This document shows positions 1-8,182 of a stretch of 17,522 nt of DNA, in pieces. Numbering within the stretch: position 1 is the first letter of the stretch; the number at the start of each line of letters is the position of its first letter. Both the position numbers and the translations under genes were made by a program. The notes beneath the pieces are model-generated. The model was not told where the DNA came from and searched no databases. It was given only the letters and a program-made list of their open reading frames with translations. The DNA comes from Halalkalibacterium halodurans (lineage in GTDB: Bacteria; Bacillota; Bacilli; Bacillales; Bacillaceae_D), in assembly GCF_004376175.1 (NCBI RefSeq), contig NZ_SNUY01000076.1, positions 1-17,522 on the forward strand, in the 5' to 3' direction.

Positions 1-130
1 CGCCCTTGATTGACCTCTGAATAAACCATTGGCGTGTTTGTCAAGAGCGATAGCGCGGCCTTTCCACCTAATAAATGGTAGGTAGTATGAACCGTGCTAG
101 TTTTTCATAGAACTTTTGACACTACCCCTC

Positions 131-862
131 TTATTGTTTCTTTGTCAGTTCGCGTATTTCACGTAGCACTGGCATCGCTTCGAGCTCCTCCTCGGTAACC
201 TCTGACCATACAATTCCGGTCGGCTTTTCAATCGCTCCTACTGATTGCATAAGTCCTTCTGTTGTGGCAATCCAGTCGACGGTTACATCGTAAGCATCCC
301 GAGGTAATTCCACGTCCACAAGCTGTACCTGATGAACAGTGGTCACAACAGGGACCGGACGATTACCGAGCTCACGTATGATCGCATACTCCCGATCAGC
401 ATAGCCCTCCCCTTTGCCGATCCGTCTTCCCGAGCGATCGACCGCGACCGACCCCATTACGATCAGATCAATTTCTGGCATCTCTGTTAATGAAATCACT
501 TTTCCATAGGAGAGAATGTTGCGAAGGCTCACCGCTTTACGCTCCTCTCCTTCTGGCACCCACTCTGGCTTTACGAGGATAAAACCATCTTTCAGTCTTG
601 GCGTTGGGACGAGCAACGTTTTCCCGTCCATTAACACTTGCGCTCGTAACGGTAGCTGAGGTGAGTCAGGATTTACTTTAACGACTTTTGCTTGCTTATA
701 CGCCTCAAGCTGGATTAAATGGCGGGTAGCCTGCTCTGCCCCTTTGAAGTTCGGAATACGTCCTTTTAACGGAAACGGGAAACGGCCAACCTTTTTTTCG
801 GTCATTTCCTGCCACATTTGTTCCCGTATCGCTTGTTTATCTGTCAATCTATTCCCCTCCAT
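131..862 (-). CDS. 5-formyltetrahydrofolate cyclo-ligase (MTHFS) family protein
   Basis: 243-aa ORF containing the family-type loop VAVDRSGRRIGKGEGYADREY (GxGxGYxDR-like). The ATG at 862 has no SD. An in-frame TTG at 847 lies 6 nt downstream of GGAGGGG (860..854), so the true start may be 847. Confidence 0.7.
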   Translation of the reverse strand: MEGNRLTDKQAIREQMWQEMTEKKVGRFPFPLKGRIPNFKGAEQATRHLIQLEAYKQAKVVKVNPDSPQLPLRAQVLMDGKTLLVPTPRLKDGFILVKPEWVPEGEERKAVSLRNILSYGKVISLTEMPEIDLIVMGSVAVDRSGRRIGKGEGYADREYAIIRELGNRPVPVVTTVHQVQLVDVELPRDAYDVTVDWIATTEGLMQSVGAIEKPTGIVWSEVTEEELEAMPVLREIRELTKKQ

Positions 863-880
863 TTTTTTCGTTCATATGGA

Positions 881-909
881 TTGCTTTATTCCCATCATTC
901 TGATATGAT
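881..909 (+). promoter_or_regulatory. sigma-A-type promoter for the S-box leader
   Basis: -35 TTGCTT (881-886), 17-nt spacer, and an extended -10 TGaTATGAT (901-909). It sits about 19 nt upstream of the start of riboswitch helix P1. Confidence 0.45.
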
Positions 910-927
910 TACATAAACTTCATATTT

Positions 928-1032
928 TTCTTATCCAGAGTGGTGGAGGGACTGGCCCTGTGAAGCCCGGCAACCTCTTTTTTTAAAGAAGGTGCCAATT
1001 CCAGCAGAACATGATGTTCTGAAAGATAAGAA
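928..1032 (+). promoter_or_regulatory. SAM-I (S-box) riboswitch aptamer
   Basis: Near-consensus S-box core: TTCTTATCCAGAGTGGTGGAGGGACTGGCCCTGTGAAGCCCGGCAACC...GGTGCCAATTCCAGCAGAAC...GTTCTGAAAGATAAGAA. The P1 halves are TTCTTATC (928-935) and GATAAGAA (1025-1032). Confidence 0.9.
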
Positions 1033-1044
1033 GCGAACGGATCG

Positions 1045-1080
1045 CACGTCTTCTTATCGAAGAGGTGTTTTTTCTTGTTT
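1045..1080 (+). terminator. S-box expression-platform intrinsic terminator
   Basis: Stem CACGTCTTC (1045-1053) pairs with GAAGAGGTG (1059-1067) with one mismatch. The loop is TTATC and the stem is followed by TTTTTTCTTGTTTT. The 5' arm CTTCTTATC can instead pair with GATAAGAAG (1025-1033), which is the classic antiterminator competition with P1. Confidence 0.8.
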
Positions 1081-1166
1081 TAACACCTTATCTGAAAGAT
1101 TACTTGTTATTGTACCGAAAACAGCAAGACAAAAAAAGAACAACTTGGAATGAGGAGGCGTTGTAC

Positions 1167-2096
1167 ATGAAAAAAATTTACGTAATCCACGAAAACGATG
1201 AATGGACGGTTCACCTATTTAAACGACTTGAGGAGCTTGGACTTCCTTATGAGGATTGGCATCTTCGTTCAGGTTCAATCAAACTTCATGAAGCACCGCC
1301 AGAAGGTGTGTTCTATAATCGAATGAGCGCCTCCTCCCATACGCGCGGACACCGTTACGCTCCTGAGTTAGCCGGCGCTGTCCTCGCTTGGCTTGAGCGC
1401 CATGGGCGGACGGTCATTAACGGTTCTCGCGCTTTGCAGCTAGAAGTAAGCAAAGTGAATCAATATATGGCGCTAGAAACGTTCGGGATCACCACTCCGA
1501 AAACGATTGTAGCTGTAGGAATAAAAGAGCTATTTGATGCGGCAGCCTCCTTTGAAGGACAAGCCTTTATTACGAAGCATAATCGCGCAGGCAAGGGGCT
1601 TGGCGTCCAACTATTCCAACACATTTCAGCTTTAAAAGAGTATGTAGAAAGTGATGAATTTGAAGAGCCGGTCGATGGCATCACCCTTCTCCAGCAATAC
1701 ATTCAAGCACCTGAACCTTACATTACACGCTGTGAATTTGTCGGCGGAGCATTTCTATATGCAGTTCGTGTCGATACATCGGAAGGATTTGAGCTATGCC
1801 CAGCCGATGCGTGCTCAATCGAAAGCAAATTTTGCCCAGTAGGGGAAGAGCCCACGTCCAAATTTCAAATTTGCAAAGATTTTCATGACCCAGTCATTGA
1901 AAAATATGAACAAGTGCTGAAAGCGAACGACATTCAGGTTGCCGGCATTGAATGCATCCGCGATAAAGACGGAACACTTTATACGTATGACATTAACACG
2001 AACACAAATTACAATTCGGAGGCAGAGCAACGGGTAGGACAGTACGGCATGTTAGAGGTTGCAAAGTATTTAAAGAGCCTTTTGTCATTGGAGTGA
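1167..2096 (+). CDS. ATP-grasp domain protein (RimK/glutathione-synthetase-like ligase), function unknown
   Basis: The ATG at 1167 is preceded by GAGGAGG (1152-1158). The part of the ORF-track entry upstream of it (1065-1166) overlaps the riboswitch terminator and is not coding. ATP-grasp-like blocks are FITKHNRAGKGLGVQL, LLQQYI and GIECIRDKDGTLYTYDINTNTNY. There is also an unusual Cys cluster, CPADAC-x7-C. Confidence 0.7.
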   Translation: MKKIYVIHENDEWTVHLFKRLEELGLPYEDWHLRSGSIKLHEAPPEGVFYNRMSASSHTRGHRYAPELAGAVLAWLERHGRTVINGSRALQLEVSKVNQYMALETFGITTPKTIVAVGIKELFDAAASFEGQAFITKHNRAGKGLGVQLFQHISALKEYVESDEFEEPVDGITLLQQYIQAPEPYITRCEFVGGAFLYAVRVDTSEGFELCPADACSIESKFCPVGEEPTSKFQICKDFHDPVIEKYEQVLKANDIQVAGIECIRDKDGTLYTYDINTNTNYNSEAEQRVGQYGMLEVAKYLKSLLSLE

Positions 2097-2126
2097 GCTC
2101 GTCGCCTATGTAGACAAATACACGTT

Positions 2127-2151
2127 GAGGTGGCTCTACTTGTGCCACCTC
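2127..2151. terminator. GC-rich hairpin between the convergent ATP-grasp and argS genes
   Basis: GAGGTGGC (2127-2134) pairs with GCCACCTC (2144-2151) around a 9-nt loop. There is no clear U-tract on either strand, so terminator function is uncertain. Confidence 0.35.
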
Positions 2152-2158
2152 GTTGTCA

Positions 2159-3844
2159 TTATAATTCTTCCGGTGTTTTCACCCCCAGAACAGCCATAGC
2201 ATCTGCGCTGACTTCGCCAGTCCTTTCAGCTAGAATAAGCCTTGCCTGCCTCACCGTTTCATCATCTGCGAGAATGACGTATTTGTGGTAGAATTGATTG
2301 AATTTTTTACTGACGGTAAGGACATAACGGGCGAGCTGATGCGGCTCTCTTGCCTCGGTCGCCTTAATGAGCACATTCGGATATTGAATAAGCACTTTTA
2401 ACAAACTCCATCCTTCATCTTTCGTCACATGCTGCCAGTCCATGTGACGGCTATCATTTAGCTTATCCCCTTTCCGAAGAATGCTCTGGATTCTCGCGTA
2501 CGTATACTGAACGTAAGGACCTGTCTCCCCTTCAAAGCTCAACGCGTCCTCTAAGCGAAAGTTTACATCTAGCCGGCGATCTTGCTTTAAATCGCCGAAA
2601 ATGACAGCACCAACACCTACCGCTTCTGCCACCTCGTGTAAATGTGGATGGTTTGGATGCTTTTCCTTTATTTTTGCCTTCGCATGGGCGACAACGTCAT
2701 TCAGTACATCTTCTAGCATCACCACCCGACCTCTTCGCGTTGACATCTTCTTCCCATCCAACCTGAGTAATCCGAACGTAATGTGCTCACACGGATCCGC
2801 CCATTTATAGCCCATTTTCTTTAACACGTGGAACACTTGCTTGAAGTGAAGCGTCTGTTCCCCACCGACGACGTACAACAATTTTTCCCCTTTTTGCACG
2901 TGATGACGATAGATCGCCGTCGCTAGATCCCTTGTTGCATAAATGGAGGTTCCGTCCGATTTCACGATCAAACATGGAGGCAAATCAGCATCCTCTAATG
3001 GCACGACAAGAGCACCTTCACTGCACGTGAGCAGTCCTTTTTCTTGTAGTTCCTTGACGACAGGGGCCATTTGATCATTGTAAAAGCTTTCCCCTAGCAC
3101 ATAGTCAAATTCAACCCCTAACCTGTTATACATTCTGTCAAATTCGTTCAGGCTTTCCTTGACAAAATAAGTCCAAAGACGGTCCGCTTCTTCATCACCT
3201 TCTTCCAGCTTTTTAAACCACTCCCTTCCCTCGTCTTCCAGCGATTCGTCCTTTTCCGCCTCTTCATGAAAACGAACGTAGAGTTCCAAAAAGGAGGCGA
3301 TTGGGTTTTGCTTGAGATCAACATCCCCACCCCAACGTTGATAGGCCGCAATTTGTTTCCAAAACTGTGTTCCCCAATCCCCAAGATGATTCACACGGAT
3401 CGGATCATAGCCTGTTTTTTTCAGAAGATGGTACAACGCATGTCCGATAATCGTTGAACGCAAGTGGCCAATGCCGAATGGTTTTGCGATATTAGGAGAA
3501 GACATATCGATGACGACACGTTTACCATCCCCGCTATTCGGCTGCCAATACTGATTGGATTTCATCTCCTGAAATAATTGCCCAGCCACCGTCTCGCGAT
3601 GAAAAAAGAAATTCACATAGCCTCCTGTCGCTTTTGCCGTGACCTCTTTATGTTCTAAAAAGGCGGCCTCAAGTTCCGCGGCAATGAATGGAGGAGCTTT
3701 TCTTTTCGTCTTGGCTAAAGTGAAACATGGAAAAGCCAAATCCCCTAGCGTCTCTTGAGGAGGAATCTCAAGAAGACGCTCGACTTCGTCTTCCTTCAAC
3801 GATAAAATGCGAGCCAGTTCTTCTGAAATCATCTGCGCTAACAT
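2159..3844 (-). CDS. argS: arginine--tRNA ligase (E. coli / ArgS2-type)
   Basis: Class I signature [20 protein letters not shown] (HIGH region), [10 protein letters not shown], and the KMSKS-equivalent KMSTRRG. The length is typical of ArgRS. The ATG at 3844 lies 9 nt downstream of AAAGGA. The ORF-track TTG at 3853 directly abuts that SD and is less likely to be the start. Confidence 0.9.
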   Translation of the reverse strand: MLAQMISEELARILSLKEDEVERLLEIPPQETLGDLAFPCFTLAKTKRKAPPFIAAELEAAFLEHKEVTAKATGGYVNFFFHRETVAGQLFQEMKSNQYWQPNSGDGKRVVIDMSSPNIAKPFGIGHLRSTIIGHALYHLLKKTGYDPIRVNHLGDWGTQFWKQIAAYQRWGGDVDLKQNPIASFLELYVRFHEEAEKDESLEDEGREWFKKLEEGDEEADRLWTYFVKESLNEFDRMYNRLGVEFDYVLGESFYNDQMAPVVKELQEKGLLTCSEGALVVPLEDADLPPCLIVKSDGTSIYATRDLATAIYRHHVQKGEKLLYVVGGEQTLHFKQVFHVLKKMGYKWADPCEHITFGLLRLDGKKMSTRRGRVVMLEDVLNDVVAHAKAKIKEKHPNHPHLHEVAEAVGVGAVIFGDLKQDRRLDVNFRLEDALSFEGETGPYVQYTYARIQSILRKGDKLNDSRHMDWQHVTKDEGWSLLKVLIQYPNVLIKATEAREPHQLARYVLTVSKKFNQFYHKYVILADDETVRQARLILAERTGEVSADAMAVLGVKTPEEL

Positions 3845-3865
3845 CCTAACCAATCCTTTCTACAA

Positions 3866-4113
3866 TAAAATAAAAAACCCGCCTCTTCTAAAAAGAGGCG
3901 AGCTTTTACCCGCGGTACCACTCTCGTTACTCATTTGTGAGTCACTTGATGCACATAACGGTGACAAACCGGACCTGTCTACTTTTATTCAACAGGCCAT
4001 TTCATGGGTGCGTTTCCTTTCACCAGTCCAATCGGCTCCCACCATCCCGACTCTCTTTTATGACTTTCGGTAAAAGTACTCTCCCAATCTTTAACGTTCA
4101 CGCGATTCAGTTA
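3866..4113 (-). promoter_or_regulatory. T-box leader, Arg specifier (CGC)
   Basis: On the minus strand, stem I reads TGGG-AGAGTA-CTTTTACC...AGAGAG...GGTGGGAG (distal loop)...GGTGAAAG-GAAA-CGC-A-CCCA. This places CGC (4012..4010), followed by the conserved purine, in the specifier loop. The T-box sequence AGAGTGGTACCGCGGG is at 3925..3910. The terminator CGCCTCTT/AAGAGGCG (3900..3880) is followed by a T-run. Confidence 0.85.
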
Positions 4114-4119
4114 TCGAGC

Positions 4120-4148
4120 ATTTTAACAGAGCCCACGCCATCTGTCTA
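4120..4148 (-). promoter_or_regulatory. sigma-A-type promoter of the T-box/argS unit
   Basis: On the minus strand: -35 TAGACA (4148..4143), 17-nt spacer, and an extended -10 TGtTAAAAT (4128..4120). Confidence 0.5.
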
Positions 4149-4162
4149 GTATGATCTCATCC

Positions 4163-4615
4163 TTATTTTTCCGTCCGCTTCTTACCTGCTTCGGTTACGG
4201 CAAAGCTACGCGTCATTGTTTTGATAGTATCGACATGTTTGAACCGTAAAGCAGACCAATCATCGTCAATGGCTACTTGGCGCACAGGCTCAAAGCCCGC
4301 TTCGGCCAAAAGCTGTGCCACCGTCTCGCGACTGCAATTAGAGCCACGGTAGGTTTTCGATGATTTTTTCGGATAACAGAGCCAAAGAAGTCCGTTTTCC
4401 GCTAGCTTCGAGAAGATCTTCATCGTTGCTTCTTGAAGGGCTTCGTTTGTTGTGCCAAACACTTGGATGAGCGGATAAGCTTCTTCTTTCGCCTCTTTAT
4501 GAACTTCTTGTGGAAAATCTTGGATGACATCTTCATATTCTTTCGGTGCATTGAGAATCAAAATCGGTTGCTCTGTATCTTTCAACTGCAATTTTTTAAT
4601 AACAGGATGAGTCAA
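4163..4615 (-). CDS. hypothetical protein (DUF3052-like by recollection)
   Basis: 150-aa ORF. The TTG start at 4615 is preceded by a strong SD, AAGGAGG, with an 8-nt spacer. The pattern ...LLWLCYPKK...ETVAQLLAEAGFEPVRQVAIDDDWSALRF resembles small DUF3052-type proteins, but this comes from memory and is unverified. Confidence 0.55.
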   Translation of the reverse strand: MTHPVIKKLQLKDTEQPILILNAPKEYEDVIQDFPQEVHKEAKEEAYPLIQVFGTTNEALQEATMKIFSKLAENGLLWLCYPKKSSKTYRGSNCSRETVAQLLAEAGFEPVRQVAIDDDWSALRFKHVDTIKTMTRSFAVTEAGKKRTEK

Positions 4616-4669
4616 ATGATTGGCCTCCTTATGTTTGATCTATCGTTAGTCTCTCCCATGATTAAATGC

Positions 4670-5374
4670 TTAATTAGACGAGCTACTACTTGACGTGACG
4701 ACCGCTGCTGATGTAATGGCTAATACAACGCTAGCATTGATGGCATCGACCATTTCTTTTACGGCTTTGGAAACTGGTACGTCTTTTGTCAAATGCTTTA
4801 CTTGCTTTTTCACGACACGTGCTTCCTGTCGATCAAATACTTGTCGTAACAGATCACACGCATTTACGAGTGAAAGGAGGACAAGAGTCCGTTCTTGGGC
4901 TAGCTCTATGTTTTCTTCGATTTCAGTTGGCTGCAATACGAGGACTCTCAGCTTTTCCTTTACTTGTTCTTCCATTTCTCCGTCAACCGCTGGGTACGTT
5001 CGCGTTTCAAATAAGCCGAGAATTTTTCGCTTTTCTTCCTTTAAAATCCCTTGCTCAATCAAGAGCGTTAATACATCTTGCCGCAACGTTTTTAAGTCGC
5101 GTTTTAATCTTTGTACCCAATACTTCGCATTCCGTTTACGAGGCGTCTTGTTTATGATGTGTAGTGCCTTATCGAAAATCGGTTGGCCGACCGGCTTTGG
5201 ATCAACAACGACAATGTTTTTCCCTTGAAGCTCTACTTTCCCTAACAGCATAAGATCGGCAAGCACCGCACCTGCTAAACCGTATGGAAGCGCCGTACTC
5301 GCCTGATAGTGGACTTTACCTGTTTCATCATTTAATCCGATCAGTAATAATTTTTCAGCTAACGTTAGCATCAT
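4670..5374 (-). CDS. GPP34/GOLPH3-family protein
   Basis: The N-terminus MMLTLAEKLLLIGLNDETGKV...YGLAGAVLADLMLLGKVEL is typical of bacterial GPP34 (PF05719-type) proteins. The SD AAAGGTGG lies upstream, and either of the tandem ATGs (5374 or 5371) could be the start. The C-terminus ends in a Ser6 tract. Confidence 0.7.
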   Translation of the reverse strand: MMLTLAEKLLLIGLNDETGKVHYQASTALPYGLAGAVLADLMLLGKVELQGKNIVVVDPKPVGQPIFDKALHIINKTPRKRNAKYWVQRLKRDLKTLRQDVLTLLIEQGILKEEKRKILGLFETRTYPAVDGEMEEQVKEKLRVLVLQPTEIEENIELAQERTLVLLSLVNACDLLRQVFDRQEARVVKKQVKHLTKDVPVSKAVKEMVDAINASVVLAITSAAVVTSSSSSSN

Positions 5375-5550
5375 TTATTCCACCTTTATTTGGTTTAACA
5401 AACTATACGTTTTTCATCGTGAAACGGTTGCGAAAACCTGTTGGCACAATAGGTTGATACTTTAGGACTGCAACTTAAGACTTTGTTATTCGACAAATGC
5501 TGAAAAGCGACACTCAATTTCTTTCAGTAATTTCTTTTCTATCTCCACGA

Positions 5551-5639
5551 TTTTCCCGTTATTTTCGACTTTTTTCTCACATTTTCTTTTAATAATTAAT
5601 TATTTTTCTATAAAAAAAGTAGTTTTTTCTCAATTTTTC
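5551..5639 (+). promoter_or_regulatory. helically phased T-tract (TTTTC) array upstream of vpr
   Basis: TTTTC tracts end at 5555, 5566, 5576, 5586, 5608, 5629 and 5639. The spacings are 11, 10, 10, 22, 21 and 10 nt, which averages 10.5 nt per helical turn over 84 bp. This pattern predicts intrinsically curved DNA. Confidence 0.6.
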
Positions 5640-5646
5640 TACAATT

Positions 5647-5674
5647 AAAGGAGTTCTGCAAACATTTCTAGAAT
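5647..5674 (+). promoter_or_regulatory. candidate sigma-H-type promoter for vpr
   Basis: AAAGGAGTT (5647-5655), 12 nt, then cTAGAAT (5668-5674). This partly matches RNAGGAWWW-N11-12-RNNGAAT. B. subtilis vpr is reported to be sigma-H dependent. The match is imperfect. Confidence 0.3.
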
Positions 5675-5733
5675 CGAAACAAAATGGCGAGCGAATGCTT
5701 GCACACTATCTTCCTATAAAGGAGTGACTTTTA

Positions 5734-8133
5734 TTGATGATGCGAACGTTTCGAACTTTTGTTAGCTTCACCCTTATTTTACTTCTAACGCTAACAAGCT
5801 ACATACCAGTGAGTCAAGCGAATGGCGAATCGCCATCTCTTGCGCCGATGGTCGGGGAGATTGATACTTCTTCCTCTGCATTAGAGACCGTCATAGTCGA
5901 AATTGAAGATCCATCGATTATTGAAGCCAAACACCAAGGACAAAAACAGTCAAAAAACGAGCTAAAACAAGCCCGTCAAACGATAATTGAACAAATTCAA
6001 GACTTGGTCCCGTCAAGCACGGTTACTCATGAGTATGACTTTCTATTTTCCGGATTTTCCCTTGAGCTCCCAGCTCATCAAATTCCTTCTATTTTAGGGG
6101 TTGATGGCGTTCATGCTGTCTATCCAAATATAGAATATGAGGTAGAGACTGACTTTGACGAAATTGTCATTGAAAAGGATGCCTACAGCCCTGAGATGTT
6201 AGACAGCGCTCCCTTCATCGGCGCCAATGATGCGTGGGAAGCTGGTTATACAGGTGAAGGTATTACCGTAGCCATTCTTGATACAGGTGTTGATTACACC
6301 CATCCTGATTTAGTCCACGCTTTTGGTGATTACAAAGGTTGGGATTTTATCGACAACAACGATGATCCACAAGAAACATCACCAGGTGACCCGCGTGGTG
6401 CAGAAACGACACATGGCACACACGTTGCTGGAACTGTAGCCGCCAACGGTCTGATCAAAGGGGTTGCCCCTGATGCAAACCTACTAGCATATCGTGTGCT
6501 AGGACCGGGTGGGCGTGGATCAACCGCTGGGGTAATCGCCGGAATTGAGCGTGCTGTTCAAGATGGCGCAGATATTATGAATCTATCATTAGGAAATACA
6601 TTAAATGATCCTGACTTCGCGACAAGCATTGCCCTCGATTGGGCGATGGCCGAAGGAGTTGTAGCGGTTACGTCGAACGGAAATAGTGGTCCGAACAACT
6701 GGACAGTAGGGTCTCCTGGTACGTCCCGCGACGCCATTTCTGTCGGTGCCACTCGCTTGCCTTATAATAAGTACAAAGCGAGTGTGTTTACATCAGATGA
6801 AATTGATTATCCGAGTGCGGATATTATGGGCTTCCCGTCAGATGAGGAACTACTTGAACTCGATGGCGAGACGTATGAATATGCTTTTGCAGGCCTAGGC
6901 AAACCGGGTGATTTTGAAGGTGTGGACGTTGAAGGAAAAATTGCCTTAATCGTTCGCGGAGAAATACCATTTGTCGAAAAAGCAGAAAATGCAAAAGCAG
7001 CGGGCGCAGTGGGCGCGATTATTTATAACAACGTTGCAGGAGTTCAGCCAACTGTTCCTGGACTGGCGATCCCAACGATTATGCTATCAAATGAAGACGG
7101 ATTAAAGATGAGAAACGAGCTTGAAAATGGTCAGAATACCGTGACGTTCTCCATCGAGTTTGATAAACTCGTCGGCGAAACTGTTGCCGATTTCTCCTCA
7201 CGTGGACCTGTGATGCATACGTGGATGATTAAGCCTGACGTTTCTGCACCAGGGGTTGCGATTGTGAGTACGATTCCAACGCACCAGCCTGATGATCCGT
7301 ACGGTTACGGCTCACGTCAAGGGACGAGCATGGCCTCTCCTCACGTAGCAGGTGCAGCAGCGCTTCTCCTTGAAGCTCACCCAAACTGGGGTGTTGACCA
7401 CGTGAAAGCAGCACTTATGAATACAGCTGAAAACCTTGTAGACGAAAACGGCAACCGTTACCCGCACAACACACAGGGGGCCGGAAGCATCCGTATCGTT
7501 GATGCAATTGAAGCCGAAACCCTTGTCACACCTGGTAGCCATTCGTTTGGTACGTTCACGAAAGAGCGCGGAAAACAAGTGGAACGGCAGCATTTCACGA
7601 TTCATAACTTATCGAACAAACGAAAAACGTATCAATTCGACGTTCAATTCGCTGGAAACCCAGACGGGATTAAAGTGAAAACGAGTAAAAACCTTCGCGT
7701 ACAACCAGGAAAAACACAGAAGATTAACTTTAATGTACAAGTCGACGCGCGGAAATTAGATCCTGGTTATTACGAAGGTACGATCATCGTATCTGATGGA
7801 TCGCAAACAGTAGAGGTGCCAACGATCCTCTTTGTATCAGAGCCAGATTATCCTCGGGTTACAACGTTTGATTTAGACATTGATGAAAATGGTGTATTGT
7901 TTGGAAGCGCCTATTTGCCAAACGGTGCAGAGGAGTTTGGTCTTTGGATTTACACGCGCGATACGCTAGAGTACGTTACATCGGCTGCTGTCGTGCAGAA
8001 CATCGGCAAAGGCTATCATGACGTCACATGGGATACGACGGAGCTTGCTCCCGGCCGCTATTATGTGTTTGCCTATGCGGAACGACTCGGGAAAACCGAC
8101 TTTGTCCTAGGGGATGAAATCGTAGTAAAATAA
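5734..8133 (+). CDS. vpr: minor extracellular serine protease Vpr-like (S8 subtilase with I9 propeptide and PA domain)
   Basis: 799 aa. It has a signal peptide (MMMRTFRTFVSFTLILLLTLTSYIPVSQA) and the catalytic triad blocks VAILDTGVD, HGTHVAGTVAA and GTSMASPHVAGAAALL. It aligns colinearly along its whole length with B. subtilis Vpr as I recall it. GGAG lies at 5721-5724, and TTG 5734, ATG 5737 or ATG 5740 are all possible starts. Confidence 0.9.
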   Translation: MMMRTFRTFVSFTLILLLTLTSYIPVSQANGESPSLAPMVGEIDTSSSALETVIVEIEDPSIIEAKHQGQKQSKNELKQARQTIIEQIQDLVPSSTVTHEYDFLFSGFSLELPAHQIPSILGVDGVHAVYPNIEYEVETDFDEIVIEKDAYSPEMLDSAPFIGANDAWEAGYTGEGITVAILDTGVDYTHPDLVHAFGDYKGWDFIDNNDDPQETSPGDPRGAETTHGTHVAGTVAANGLIKGVAPDANLLAYRVLGPGGRGSTAGVIAGIERAVQDGADIMNLSLGNTLNDPDFATSIALDWAMAEGVVAVTSNGNSGPNNWTVGSPGTSRDAISVGATRLPYNKYKASVFTSDEIDYPSADIMGFPSDEELLELDGETYEYAFAGLGKPGDFEGVDVEGKIALIVRGEIPFVEKAENAKAAGAVGAIIYNNVAGVQPTVPGLAIPTIMLSNEDGLKMRNELENGQNTVTFSIEFDKLVGETVADFSSRGPVMHTWMIKPDVSAPGVAIVSTIPTHQPDDPYGYGSRQGTSMASPHVAGAAALLLEAHPNWGVDHVKAALMNTAENLVDENGNRYPHNTQGAGSIRIVDAIEAETLVTPGSHSFGTFTKERGKQVERQHFTIHNLSNKRKTYQFDVQFAGNPDGIKVKTSKNLRVQPGKTQKINFNVQVDARKLDPGYYEGTIIVSDGSQTVEVPTILFVSEPDYPRVTTFDLDIDENGVLFGSAYLPNGAEEFGLWIYTRDTLEYVTSAAVVQNIGKGYHDVTWDTTELAPGRYYVFAYAERLGKTDFVLGDEIVVK

Positions 8134-8145
8134 TCTATAACGAAG

Positions 8146-8182
8146 AAAAAGAGCTTGGGCTTTACACCCCAAGCTCTTTTTT
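8146..8182. terminator. bidirectional intrinsic terminator shared by vpr and thiT
   Basis: AAAAA-GAGCTTGGG (8151-8159) pairs with CCCAAGCTC (8168-8176)-TTTTTT. The 3' half overlaps the last codons of thiT (stop codon at 8162-8164). Confidence 0.8.

Noticed and set aside
1-130. A possible gene end or start, or a terminator, at the left edge of the window.
   Set aside because: Stop codons occur in all three + frames within the first 20 nt. A minus-strand ATG at 29 has no SD. Only 4-bp hairpins are present. The segment is too short and featureless for any call.
1065-1166. The upstream extension of the ATP-grasp ORF (start at 1065).
   Set aside because: This start lies inside the S-box terminator stem and U-tract and has no SD. 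The ATG at 1167 has a consensus GAGGAGG.
4695-5228. Long antisense ORFs listed in the ORF track: 4695..5228 + and 4786..5157 + (opposite the GPP34 gene), 11536..12015 + (opposite fruK/fruA), 15354..15908 + (opposite GDH/nos), 14539..14826 +, 10966..11214 +, 7312..7605 -, and others.
   Set aside because: Each lies entirely inside a well-supported gene on the other strand. They lack SD sequences and give low-complexity or Ser/Cys/Arg-rich translations with no recognisable motifs. They are typical shadow ORFs.
5500-5650. CodY-box-like (AATTTTCWGAAAATT) and PhoP-box-like strings upstream of vpr.
   Set aside because: The best CodY candidates (for example AATTTTTCTACAATT at 5632-5646) have four or more mismatches in an AT-rich background. 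The TTTTC tracts do not match TTHACA PhoP boxes. Neither can be supported from the sequence alone.
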